A DNA stretch of 27,143 bases from Desulfobacterales bacterium (GTDB lineage: Bacteria > Desulfobacterota > Desulfobacteria > Desulfobacterales > UBA11574): positions 1-27,143 of the forward strand of contig JASFHC010000001.1 in NCBI GenBank assembly GCA_050123435.1, read 5' to 3'. Below the pieces are notes generated by a model. That model was given only the letters and a program-made list of their open reading frames with translations. It was not told the DNA's origin and searched no databases. Numbering within the stretch: the first letter of the stretch is position 1; the number at the start of each line of letters is the position of its first letter. Of this stretch, positions 8,736 through 17,339 are shown piece by piece. A program made the position numbers and the translations under genes.

Positions 8736-8909
8736 GTGTCCACCCATAAATGAAGATTTTTGTTCAAGATCAAGGCATGCGAAAAAAATAACCACCCCGG
8801 TACGATCTGCCGGACCTACGGGGCAGGCAGGCGTATAGTTGATATTCTGAGAATTATTTTTTGAGCATGACGCAGAGATTGGTCAAAAAGACCATTTATG
8901 GATGGACGC
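8736..8909. mobile_element. MITE-like 174-bp non-autonomous inverted-repeat element
   Basis: Terminal inverted repeats GTGTCCACCCATAAATG and CATTTATGGATGGACGC match at 15/17. Internal arms are also complementary (CATGCGAAAAAAATAA vs TTATTTTTTGAGCATG, 14/16). No ORF and no clear target-site duplication. Confidence 0.75.
8794..8826 (-). repeat. GC-rich hairpin insert nested in the MITE-like element
   Basis: The minus strand reads CTGCCCCGT-N16-ACCGGGGT, with the same end motifs as the insert at 20853-20895. Confidence 0.6.
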
Positions 8910-8941
8910 TGCCTCAGGAATTCGAACTTAGAGGCTTGGCC

Positions 8942-8980
8942 CCAATATTCCGGCATTAAAGTATTCAAGTATTCCATTCC
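8942..8980. repeat. Degenerate 8-mer tandem array
   Basis: CCAATATT/CCGGCATT/AAAGTATT/CAAGTATT/CCATTCC. Confidence 0.55.
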
Positions 8981-9056
8981 GATGACATAAACAGGTTTTT
9001 ATTAAAAAATCGGCATGTTCGATAAGTTGTTAAAATTCCAATAGGTTAAATTGCCA

Positions 9057-10649
9057 ATGAGCCTATCAGCAGATCTGCTAACCACTGAAAACCACCGGAT
9101 GACAAAAGCTGCGGGTGTTGTTGGGTCAGCAACATTATTGAGTCGTGTTTTCGGTTTCATCAGAGATGTTGTAATTGCCTGGTTTTTTGGTGCTGGGCTG
9201 GTTTCGGATGCTTTTTTTGTTGCCTTCAGAATTCCCAACCTTTTAAGAAGGCTTTTTGCCGAAGGCTCTTTAAGTGTTTCATTTATTCCCGTTTTTACCG
9301 AATACCTTGCACAGCGGGGGAAAAAGGATGCCTTTGAAATGGCAAAGTCCGCCATAAGGCTCCTTTCCGTGTTGCTTGTTGCCGTCACAGTTGCAGGCAT
9401 TTTGCTGTCTCCGTTTATCGTCCAGATTATTGCGCCCGGGTTTGTCACATCACCAGAAAAATATTCACTTACGGTCTTCTTAACGCGTATCATGTTTCCG
9501 TATATCTTTTTCATCGGGCTCGTTGCGCTTTGCATGGGAATACTTAACGCTCTCGGTCATTTCGCCGCACCGGCTTTGGCACCGGTTTTATTGAATATTT
9601 CCATAATCGGGTCGGTATTTTTAATTGCACCTCACATGGCGGATCCGGTGACCGGTATTGCCATCGGGGTGCTGATCGGAGGGTTTTTGCAACTTGCTCT
9701 CCAGGTACCGTTTCTTATAAAAAAGGGGGTTTTTTTCTGGCAAAAAGCAAATATGTATCACCCCGGTCTAAAAAAGGTCGGCCTGCTCATGGTCCCGACC
9801 ATATTCGGCGCCGCTGTTTATCAGATTAACATTCTGGTGGGGACTCTGCTTGCATCGCTACTGGCCCAGGGGAGTATTTCGTATCTTTATTATGCGGACC
9901 GTCTGGTACAGTTTCCGCTGGGAATATTTGCGATAGCCACGGCCACCGCGGTTTTGCCGACTCTTTCCAGACAATCGGCGGAAAACGATTTACGGGCACT
10001 CAGAAATACATTTTCATACGCAATGAAAATGGTTTTTTTTATTACCATCCCTTCAATGGTCGGCCTGATCGTTTTAAGGGAGCCTATTGTCGCATTATTG
10101 TTTAAAAGGGGAGCGTTTGATTCGGAAACCACGCGTTTGACTGCATATGCGCTTTTGTATTATAGTATAGGTCTCTGGGCGTTTTCGGCGGTAAGGATTG
10201 TTGTTTCCACGTTTTATGCATTACAGGATACAAAAACGCCGGTACGAATGGCTATCGTATCGGTTTGCTCCAATATCGTACTCGGAGTCATTCTTATGGG
10301 ACCCATGGGACACGGTGGGCTTGCGCTCTCAACGTCCCTTGCATCAATGTTGAACCTAATACTTCTTGTTTGGGCCTTGAGGACAAAACTCGGTGCGCTG
10401 GGTTTAAAGAGTATTACCGAGTCCGCTTGTAAAACAATGATTTGTTCGGGGATTATGGGGGCTGTCGTGTGGGCCACTGCGTTATTGATTATTCCCTCTG
10501 AAGACGGGACATCATCCGGTCTGTTCTTAGGCCTCATGGGAAGTATTGTGACCGGTCTTGTCCTCTATGGTTCTTTTTCCTTATTGCTTAAGAGCTCGGA
10601 ACTAAAGAGTGTTTTGGCATTGACCGGAAAGAGGAAAGATAAAAAATGA
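9057..10649 (+). CDS. murJ: Lipid II flippase MurJ (MviN)
   Basis: ATLLSRVFGFIRD, AFRIPNLLRRLFAEG and YADRLVQFPLGIF motifs, with many TM segments. The start is uncertain (TTG 9051, ATG 9057 or a later ATG). Confidence 0.97.
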   Translation: MSLSADLLTTENHRMTKAAGVVGSATLLSRVFGFIRDVVIAWFFGAGLVSDAFFVAFRIPNLLRRLFAEGSLSVSFIPVFTEYLAQRGKKDAFEMAKSAIRLLSVLLVAVTVAGILLSPFIVQIIAPGFVTSPEKYSLTVFLTRIMFPYIFFIGLVALCMGILNALGHFAAPALAPVLLNISIIGSVFLIAPHMADPVTGIAIGVLIGGFLQLALQVPFLIKKGVFFWQKANMYHPGLKKVGLLMVPTIFGAAVYQINILVGTLLASLLAQGSISYLYYADRLVQFPLGIFAIATATAVLPTLSRQSAENDLRALRNTFSYAMKMVFFITIPSMVGLIVLREPIVALLFKRGAFDSETTRLTAYALLYYSIGLWAFSAVRIVVSTFYALQDTKTPVRMAIVSVCSNIVLGVILMGPMGHGGLALSTSLASMLNLILLVWALRTKLGALGLKSITESACKTMICSGIMGAVVWATALLIIPSEDGTSSGLFLGLMGSIVTGLVLYGSFSLLLKSSELKSVLALTGKRKDKK

Positions 10650-10927
10650 TTTCAAAGAAAAACGTTCTGCTTGCTGTTGCAATAGTGGTGTCGTTGATGA
10701 TGATGATGTTTATTTTATTCGGTGAGAATGGTCTTGCCGATTTAAACCGGCTGAAAGTGGAAAGAGACGATCTGTTAAAAAAAAATGCTGAACTGATCCA
10801 GCAAAACCTTTTCCTGTGTCGTGAAATAGAAAGATTAAAAACTGATCCCGAATATGTGGAGAACCTGGCTCGGAAGGAACTTGGCGTAATTCGTAAAGAC
10901 GAAGTTGTGATCAAGGTAAAGAAATGA
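10646..10927 (+). CDS. ftsB: Septum formation initiator FtsB/DivIC family protein
   Basis: N-terminal TM, FGENG turn, coiled coil, and DPEYVENLARKELGVIRKDEVVI. ATGA overlap with the murJ stop. Confidence 0.88.
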   Translation: MISKKNVLLAVAIVVSLMMMMFILFGENGLADLNRLKVERDDLLKKNAELIQQNLFLCREIERLKTDPEYVENLARKELGVIRKDEVVIKVKK

Positions 10928-11202
10928 TGGAAGACGACGTATTCTATACCCGGACAATGGCAAAAGTCTATGCCGGGCAGGGCAATTTAGGTAAAGCGGC
11001 GGAAATCTATACTTACCTATTGAAAAAAGACCCGGGTTGCCGGGATCTTGTTGATGCACTTTCTGAAATTAAGAGCAAGGGCTTTGATAAAAATCGAGAG
11101 AATCTTTTGGCTCTGCTTACCGAATGGGTCGATCTTTTGCTAAAGTATAACCGCATCCGACAGCTTGAGAAACTTAAAAATTATATCGGTGATCAAAGAT
11201 GA
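10924..11202 (+). CDS. Hypothetical protein with a single TPR-like repeat
   Basis: 92 aa. TMAKVYAGQGNLGKAAEIYTYLLKKDP fits a TPR helix pair. ATGA overlaps at both ends. Confidence 0.8.
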   Translation: MMEDDVFYTRTMAKVYAGQGNLGKAAEIYTYLLKKDPGCRDLVDALSEIKSKGFDKNRENLLALLTEWVDLLLKYNRIRQLEKLKNYIGDQR

Positions 11203-12404
11203 AACCTATTATCAATAAAAAAAACATCGTACTGGGGGTATCCGGAGGGATTGCCGCATACAAGAGCGTCGAGCTGTTACGGCTCCTTATCAAGAAGGAG
11301 GCGAACGTCAGGGTCATTATGACGAAGAACGCCTCAGAGTTTGTGAGGCCGCTAACTTTTTGGGCCTTATCGCGTCAACCGGTATGTACCGGTCTCTTTG
11401 AAACGGTTGATGATGCTTCCATCAGACACATTGATTGGGCGAATCAAGCAGATGCGGTGATTATTGCGCCTGCAACCGCAAATATTATCGGGAAGATCGC
11501 CCATGGTATTGCCGATGATGCGCTGAGCACTTTTATTCTGGCGGTAACCTGTCCGGTGATCATTTGCCCCGCCATGAACACGAATATGTTTGAAGCAAAA
11601 GCGGTCAGGAGGAATCTTGAAAGACTCAAATCCGATGGGCATTTTGTCATAGAACCGGATTCAGGGGAACTTGCTTGCGGCGCTACCGGACCCGGCCGCC
11701 TTCCTGACCCCGAAGATATACTTGACAGGCTGTTTTTCTATCTTTCTCCCAAAGACATGAACGGTAGACGGATACTGGTAACCGCCGGCCCGACTCGCGA
11801 ATTTATCGATCCGGTTCGGTTCATCAGCAATCCATCTTCCGGCAAGATGGGATTTGCGGTCGCGAGGGCTGCAGAACAAAGGGGGGGCGATGTGGTTTTG
11901 ATAACCGGCCCCACAAATCTTCCTGATCCAAATAACGTGACGGTGGTCAGGGTTGATACGGCTCGGGACATGGCTCTTGCCGTGTTTGAGCACATGGAAG
12001 ATTCAGAAATAATCATTAAGGCGGCAGCGGTTGCTGATTACCGACCAAAGGAGCAGTCCGGACAGAAAATCAAGAAGGAAAAGGATGAGTTGGCTTTATC
12101 GCTGGAAAAAACCCAAGATATTTTGAAAGAGATAGGGAGGAGAAAAAAAGACCGCATCCTTGTGGGGTTTGCTGCGGAAACGGAAAACCTTGAAGCGTAT
12201 GCCGAAAAAAAACTGGTTGAAAAAAATCTTGATATTATTGTGGGAAATCTCGTGGGGCGTTCCGCTTCGGGTTTTGAAATTGACACCAATACGGTGACCC
12301 TGTTTTATAGAGACGGCACAAAAGAGGCCATTCCTGAAATGCAAAAAGATGAGGTTGCCCATATTCTTCTGGATCGAATAATAAGGACAGATATCCACAA
12401 ATAA
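11199..12404 (+). CDS. coaBC: Bifunctional phosphopantothenoylcysteine decarboxylase/synthase
   Basis: GVSGGIAAYK, PATANIIGK, PAMN, GELACG..G.GRL, and TAGPTRE.IDPVRFISN.SSGKMG motifs. Confidence 0.98.
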   Translation: MKPIINKKNIVLGVSGGIAAYKSVELLRLLIKKEANVRVIMTKNASEFVRPLTFWALSRQPVCTGLFETVDDASIRHIDWANQADAVIIAPATANIIGKIAHGIADDALSTFILAVTCPVIICPAMNTNMFEAKAVRRNLERLKSDGHFVIEPDSGELACGATGPGRLPDPEDILDRLFFYLSPKDMNGRRILVTAGPTREFIDPVRFISNPSSGKMGFAVARAAEQRGGDVVLITGPTNLPDPNNVTVVRVDTARDMALAVFEHMEDSEIIIKAAAVADYRPKEQSGQKIKKEKDELALSLEKTQDILKEIGRRKKDRILVGFAAETENLEAYAEKKLVEKNLDIIVGNLVGRSASGFEIDTNTVTLFYRDGTKEAIPEMQKDEVAHILLDRIIRTDIHK

Positions 12405-12420
12405 AAATCTGCCGATACAA

Positions 12421-13116
12421 ATGTCTTATAAAAGCGATTTTGATACGGCCATAGAAGAACTCTGCGAAACCTTCCGATTCCTATCCCGAACCGGTTGCCG
12501 TGGTTTTGATTGTTCAAATGAAAGTCTTAACATAATGGAATCTTGGGGACACGAACGGGCACATTCACCGGAAACCCTGGAGGCGATCCAAATCGATCTG
12601 GGTGAATGTCGCCGCTGTCGTCTTTCAGAAAGCCGAAAACATATTGTCTTTGGCGCGGGGAATCCTCATGCAAGACTGGTATTTGTGGGCGAAGGGCCGG
12701 GATATGATGAGGACCAAAAAGGAGAACCGTTTATCGGAGCTGCCGGCCGTCTTCTGACAAAGATAATAGAGGCCATAAAGTATACCCGGGATCAGGTGTA
12801 TATATGTAATATCATAAAGTGTCGCCCTCCGGGCAACAGAAATCCTCTTCCGGACGAGATAGAGGCATGTTTGCCATTTTTAAAGCGTCAGCTTACGGCC
12901 ATAAAGCCGGATGTTATATGTACATTGGGGACGTTTGCCACACAGGCACTGATAGAGACAACAATGCCTATTTCAAAACTCAAAGGGCGTTTTCATGATT
13001 ATAACGGGATACGAGTGTTGCCTACATATCACCCAGCTTACCTGCTTCGCAACCCCGGTAAAAAACGTGATGTCTGGGAAGATATGAAAAAATTGATGAA
13101 GGCATTGGATACTTAA
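12421..13116 (+). CDS. Uracil-DNA glycosylase, family 4 (4Fe-4S)
   Basis: CRRCRL, VGEGPG, NIIKCRPPGNRNP and YHPAYLLRNP motifs. Confidence 0.95.
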   Translation: MSYKSDFDTAIEELCETFRFLSRTGCRGFDCSNESLNIMESWGHERAHSPETLEAIQIDLGECRRCRLSESRKHIVFGAGNPHARLVFVGEGPGYDEDQKGEPFIGAAGRLLTKIIEAIKYTRDQVYICNIIKCRPPGNRNPLPDEIEACLPFLKRQLTAIKPDVICTLGTFATQALIETTMPISKLKGRFHDYNGIRVLPTYHPAYLLRNPGKKRDVWEDMKKLMKALDT

Positions 13117-13120
13117 TTTT

Positions 13121-13144
13121 ATCCAGCATCGAGTATCCATTATC
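13121..13144. repeat. Short 7-mer array
   Basis: ATCCAGC/ATCGAGT/ATCCATT/ATC, starting 4 nt after the udg stop. Confidence 0.5.
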
Positions 13145-13188
13145 TATTCCTTAAATATAGCACGAAATTAAATTATTAAAATATTTTA

Positions 13189-13214
13189 TTTGGTTCTGGG
13201 TTGTCCGGTTTAGG
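13189..13214. repeat. ~26-nt intergenic motif (most complete copy)
   Basis: TTTGGTTCTGGGTTGTCCGGTTTAGG. Related copies at 3276, 8375 and 26085. Confidence 0.55.
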
Positions 13215-13232
13215 TAACCTCGAATAAAAAAA

Positions 13233-14522
13233 ATGAAAAATAAAATTTTTCTGATATCGGCCTTGTTATTGATTTCATTCTGCTGTCCCGGAAAAGGGTT
13301 CACAGCGGAAAATGAGGTCTATATTATCCGAATGTCGGGCCCCATCAGTCCGGCGGCGGCCGGTTTTTTAAAAAAAGGGATTACCATCGCATCGGAAGAA
13401 AACGCATCATGCATTATCATTGAGCTTGACACCCCGGGAGGTCTTGCCGAATCCATGCGTGAGATGGTAATGGCAATTTTTGCAAGCAAGGTCCCGGTTG
13501 TGATTTATGTGGCCCCGAGCGGAGCTAGGGCCGCTTCCGCAGGCGTAATGATCACTATGGCGGCGGACATTGCAGCCATGGCGCCGGGAACAAACATCGG
13601 TGCGGCGCATCCGGTGGGGGCAGGTGGCAAGGAAATCAGCGGCCCTATGTCCGAAAAGGTGATAAATGACATGGTTGCCCATGCAAGGAGTATCGCAAAA
13701 AAAAGAGGAAGAAACGCCGACTGGGTTGAAAAGGCCGTTCGAAAAAGTGTTTCCGTGACGGAAACCGAGGCGCTCAAGGCGGATGTCATCGATATTGTGG
13801 CAAAAGACATCGATGATTTGATCCGTCAGATCAACGGCCGAAAGATTCAAGACAAAGGGGTTTTAAAACTCGACAATGTCAAAAAGACGGTACTGAAAGA
13901 GGATTTAAGGACTAAAATTTTAAAGACCATCAGTAATCCGAATATTGCCTATATCCTTATGATGATCGGCCTCGCCGGTCTTTACTTTGAACTGTCACAC
14001 CCCGGTGCGGTGCTTCCCGGGGTCGTCGGCGGGATTTCCATTATCCTGGCTTTCTTTGCATTTCAGACCATACCGGTTAACTATGCAGGATTTCTCCTTA
14101 TCGTTCTCGCCCTTATTTTTTTCATTATGGAGATGAAGATTGCAAGTTACGGGCTTTTGAGTATAGCGGGCATTACTTCGCTTTTGCTTGGCTCTATCAT
14201 GTTATTTGAAAACAGCGGCACCGGTATGAGACTGTCATGGGAAGTGCTCATACCTACCCTTGTTCTGGTTTCAGGCTTTTTTGTCGTTGTTTCAGGTCTT
14301 GTCTTTAAATCACATCTGTCTAAGCCGAGAACCGGTGCACGGGGTCTGGTCGGGGAAATCGGAGTGGTCAGAGAATCTCTCATGCCTGAGGGCAAGGTGT
14401 TCGTACACGGAGAACTGTGGAAAGCAACCTCAAAAGATCCAATCCAAACCGGCACCAAGGTCAGGGTTATAAAAATTGTCAATCTTGTCCTTGAAGTGGA
14501 ACCGGTTGAAAGGAGCATATAA
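13233..14522 (+). CDS. nfeD: NfeD family membrane-bound serine protease (long form)
   Basis: Signal peptide, ClpP-like domain ([22 protein letters not shown]), TM bundle, and a C-terminal OB fold ([12 protein letters not shown]). Confidence 0.93.
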   Translation: MKNKIFLISALLLISFCCPGKGFTAENEVYIIRMSGPISPAAAGFLKKGITIASEENASCIIIELDTPGGLAESMREMVMAIFASKVPVVIYVAPSGARAASAGVMITMAADIAAMAPGTNIGAAHPVGAGGKEISGPMSEKVINDMVAHARSIAKKRGRNADWVEKAVRKSVSVTETEALKADVIDIVAKDIDDLIRQINGRKIQDKGVLKLDNVKKTVLKEDLRTKILKTISNPNIAYILMMIGLAGLYFELSHPGAVLPGVVGGISIILAFFAFQTIPVNYAGFLLIVLALIFFIMEMKIASYGLLSIAGITSLLLGSIMLFENSGTGMRLSWEVLIPTLVLVSGFFVVVSGLVFKSHLSKPRTGARGLVGEIGVVRESLMPEGKVFVHGELWKATSKDPIQTGTKVRVIKIVNLVLEVEPVERSI

Positions 14523-15289
14523 TGTATACACTAATCGCTATACTTGTCCTGGCTGTTTTTTTTCTATCAGCAGCCATACGTGTTTTAAACGAGTATGAAC
14601 GAGGAGTTATATTCAGGCTCGGCAGGGTGATAAAGGCAAAAGGGCCCGGGCTGATCATACTTATTCCGATCGTTGATAAAATGGTAAAGGTAAGTATGCG
14701 TCTTGTGGCCATGGATGTTGATCCCCAAGACGTTATTACCAGGGACAATGTTTCCGTAAAGGTAAATGCCGTTATATATTTCAGGGTCATTGAACCCATA
14801 AAAGCGGTTATCGAGGTAGAAGAGTACAGTTATGCAATGTCACAGCTGGCGCAGACAACGTTGCGAAGCGTCTGCGGTCAAGCGGAACTCGATGAGCTGT
14901 TGTCCGCACGGGAAAAAATTAATTCTCAGCTTCAGGAAATATTAGATATGCACACGGATCCGTGGGGAATAAAGGTAACAACAGTGGAGCTCAAACATAT
15001 CGATTTGCCCCAGGAGATGCAGCGGTCCATGGCCAAGCAGGCTGAGGCCGAGAGGGAACGTCGTGCCAAGGTCATCAATGCCGATGGTGAATTCCAGGCG
15101 GCAAGCAGGCTGGCCGAGGCTTCTGAGATTATTCGTGATCATCCCATGGCATTGCAGCTCAGATATCTCCAGACCATGCGTGAGATATCTGCCGAGCAGA
15201 ATACTACCACGATCTTTCCGTTTCCCCTGGAACTTTTTAAGCCGTTTCTTGCGATACTGGATAAAGAAAAAAAAGGGGTTGGGGAATAA
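14522..15289 (+). CDS. SPFH/stomatin-like (slipin) protein
   Basis: [50 protein letters not shown] overlap with nfeD. Confidence 0.95.
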   Translation: MYTLIAILVLAVFFLSAAIRVLNEYERGVIFRLGRVIKAKGPGLIILIPIVDKMVKVSMRLVAMDVDPQDVITRDNVSVKVNAVIYFRVIEPIKAVIEVEEYSYAMSQLAQTTLRSVCGQAELDELLSAREKINSQLQEILDMHTDPWGIKVTTVELKHIDLPQEMQRSMAKQAEAERERRAKVINADGEFQAASRLAEASEIIRDHPMALQLRYLQTMREISAEQNTTTIFPFPLELFKPFLAILDKEKKGVGE

Positions 15290-15303
15290 AGGTCATCTAT
15301 TTA

Positions 15304-15366
15304 TTGACATAATATGTAAAAATTGTTAACGAGTTATGTTTTTCGCGGGGGTTTTGCAGCCTCCGC
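15304..15366 (+). promoter_or_regulatory. Possible promoter plus 5' leader hairpin for the Rho_N-like/xerC/hslVU cluster
   Basis: TTGACA at 15304-15309 with a poor -10. 9-bp stem GCGGGGGTT-TTGC-AGCCTCCGC (15345-15366) with two G-U pairs that only form on the + strand. Confidence 0.4.
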
Positions 15367-15495
15367 TTGTGCTTTTAAAACAAAGGGAAAAAGCATTAAT
15401 TTGGCCCTTTATGAAGATTTATTTTTACTGAATGCTTTGTTGGCCTAATTGTTTTATAAAGCTAAGATGATAATCAAAGAGGAGATTTTTAGAAC

Positions 15496-15822
15496 ATGGG
15501 TGAGAAGAAGAAAGAAACCAAGGAAAAACCGCTGGAGAAAATGACGGCCAAAGAATTGAGAGAGGTTGGCAAACAGCTACCTGATATAACTGGCGTTTAT
15601 GGAATGAACAAGGCCGAACTCATCAGCGCAATAAAAAAGGCAAGAGGGATAGTCGAAGATTTGCCGAAAAAAAGTGATTCCTCAGTTCGCGAAATTAAGA
15701 AAAGAATTAAAACGATGAAGGCGGAGCGAGAAGCCGCTCTTAGCAATAATGACAATAAAATGGCAAAAATATACAGACGGCGCCTTACTAAACTGAAAAA
15801 AAAGACCCGTAGAGCCGCTTGA
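15496..15822 (+). CDS. Small basic protein with a Rho termination factor N-terminal (Rho_N)-like domain
   Basis: LEKMTAKELREVGKQLPDITGVYGMNKAELISAIKKAR fits the Rho_N pattern. Lys/Arg-rich helical C-terminus. AGAGGAG RBS. Not a full Rho (108 aa, no ATPase domain). Confidence 0.8.
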   Translation: MGEKKKETKEKPLEKMTAKELREVGKQLPDITGVYGMNKAELISAIKKARGIVEDLPKKSDSSVREIKKRIKTMKAEREAALSNNDNKMAKIYRRRLTKLKKKTRRAA

Positions 15823-16763
15823 TTTTGATGATTTCACTTTCTTTGAAGAATCAGATAAGTTTGTTCATCGAGTCCCTTTTCTCTGAAAAGGGATATTCTG
15901 AAAATACTTGCCGTGCTTATTCTCACGACCTCAAAGAGTTTGTATCATTCATTCATAAAGAACGCTTTTCAGGGAAGAAGGACCAAAATGCTATAGATAA
16001 TTTTACTGCGGATCAGGTGGATGGGTTGCTGATAAGGGGGTATCTGGGATTTCTACACAAAAAGAACAAAAGGGTTACCATTGCCCGGAAGCTTTCAGCC
16101 ATCCGTTCTTTTTTCAGATACCTCGTCAAACGCGGCATTATTCTGGATAACCCCCTTGATTCGATTTTGACGCCGAAACAGCAAAAAACAATTCCGGTCT
16201 ACCTCCCTGTGGATGACATGTTCAGGTTGCTCGATTCCATAAAGACGAATACGCTTTTTGGCTTAAGGAGCCGTGCAATTTTCGAAACCCTTTATTCGAG
16301 CGGCATACGGGTTTCGGAGCTTGTCGGTATGAATATGTTCGATGTTGATTTTACAAAGCAAGTGATCCGGGTGGTTGGAAAAGGGAACAAGGAACGGATT
16401 GTGCCTGTAGGCAGAAAGGCGTTAACTGCTATTTCCGATTACAGAAAAAGGTTGCAAAGTGAAGCCGGCATACGTACTGACGAAAATACGCCGCTTTTTT
16501 TAAACAAGAACAAGGGTCGCCTTACCCCTCGTTCCATTGCACGTATTCTGGAGAAGACAGCAAAAGAATGTGGGTTGTTAATACCGGTTTCACCTCATTC
16601 CATGCGCCATTCATTTGCAACCCACCTGCTCGATGCAGGGGCGGATTTGAGGGTGGTGCAAGAGCTGTTGGGCCATAAAAGCCTTTCTACCACTCAGAAA
16701 TATACTCATGTAAGTATCGATAGATTGATGGAAACCTATGATAAAGCGCACCCGAGACGATAA
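15819..16763 (+). CDS. xerC: Tyrosine recombinase XerC
   Basis: LYSSGIRVSEL, GKGNKER, HSMRHSFATHLL and LGH..LSTTQKY give the full R-K-H-R-H-Y set. Sits before hslVU. The start may be ATG 15828. Confidence 0.9.
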   Translation: MILMISLSLKNQISLFIESLFSEKGYSENTCRAYSHDLKEFVSFIHKERFSGKKDQNAIDNFTADQVDGLLIRGYLGFLHKKNKRVTIARKLSAIRSFFRYLVKRGIILDNPLDSILTPKQQKTIPVYLPVDDMFRLLDSIKTNTLFGLRSRAIFETLYSSGIRVSELVGMNMFDVDFTKQVIRVVGKGNKERIVPVGRKALTAISDYRKRLQSEAGIRTDENTPLFLNKNKGRLTPRSIARILEKTAKECGLLIPVSPHSMRHSFATHLLDAGADLRVVQELLGHKSLSTTQKYTHVSIDRLMETYDKAHPRR

Positions 16764-16781
16764 TATGAGACCAAAATTAAA

Positions 16782-17315
16782 ATGATGAAATTCCATGGAA
16801 CAACAATTCTTGCCGTCAGGCATAAGGGTAAAGTGGCCGTAGCCGGTGACGGTCAGGTTACATTGAATAATACGGTTATAAAGCATCAAGCAAAAAAAGT
16901 CAGAAGAATTTACAATGACAGGATAATCGTGGGATTTGCCGGCGCCACTGCCGATGCCTTAAACCTTTCCGAACGGCTGGAAAAAAAGCTCGAGCGGTAT
17001 AACGGCAACCTGACTCGCAGTGCCGTTGAACTGGCACGGGACTGGCGAACGGACAAATATTTGAGGCGTCTGGAAGCCATCATGATCGCGGTGGACGATA
17101 AAAACATGTTTGTTATCTCAGGAAACGGTGATGTGATTGAACCGGACGAGGGCCTTATGGGTATAGGTTCCGGAGGCATCGGAGCCCATGCGGCGGCAAA
17201 AGCCATGATAAAAAATACGGATATGGATGCGGTTGATATTGTTAAAGAGGCAATGAATATTGTCGCGACCCTGTGCGTATTTACAAATGACACAATTACG
17301 ATTGAAGAGTTGTAA
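16782..17315 (+). CDS. hslV: ATP-dependent protease subunit HslV
   Basis: GTTILAVR (N-terminal Thr nucleophile), AGDGQVT, GFAGATADA, GIGSGG. Confidence 0.98.
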   Translation: MMKFHGTTILAVRHKGKVAVAGDGQVTLNNTVIKHQAKKVRRIYNDRIIVGFAGATADALNLSERLEKKLERYNGNLTRSAVELARDWRTDKYLRRLEAIMIAVDDKNMFVISGNGDVIEPDEGLMGIGSGGIGAHAAAKAMIKNTDMDAVDIVKEAMNIVATLCVFTNDTITIEEL

Positions 17316-17339
17316 ACATAAGCAGGTAGTAAACAAAAA

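Noticed and set aside
10777-10785. A9 tract in ftsB, and other A/T runs (nfeD, SPFH 3' end), as phase-variation or frameshift sites
   Set aside because: The runs encode Lys-rich stretches in intact conserved genes, and no stimulatory structure or alternative product is evident.
15290-15495. CIRCE or sigma32 heat-shock element for hslVU, or 6S RNA
   Set aside because: There is no TTAGCACTC-N9-GAGTGCTAA and no convincing CTTGAA/CCCCAT pair. The region lacks the long rod with central bubble and the usual ssrS gene context.
15819-16763. Tyrosine recombinase as a phage or island integrase
   Set aside because: Its size, motifs and position before hslVU indicate chromosomal XerC. There are no att sites, tRNA or cargo genes.
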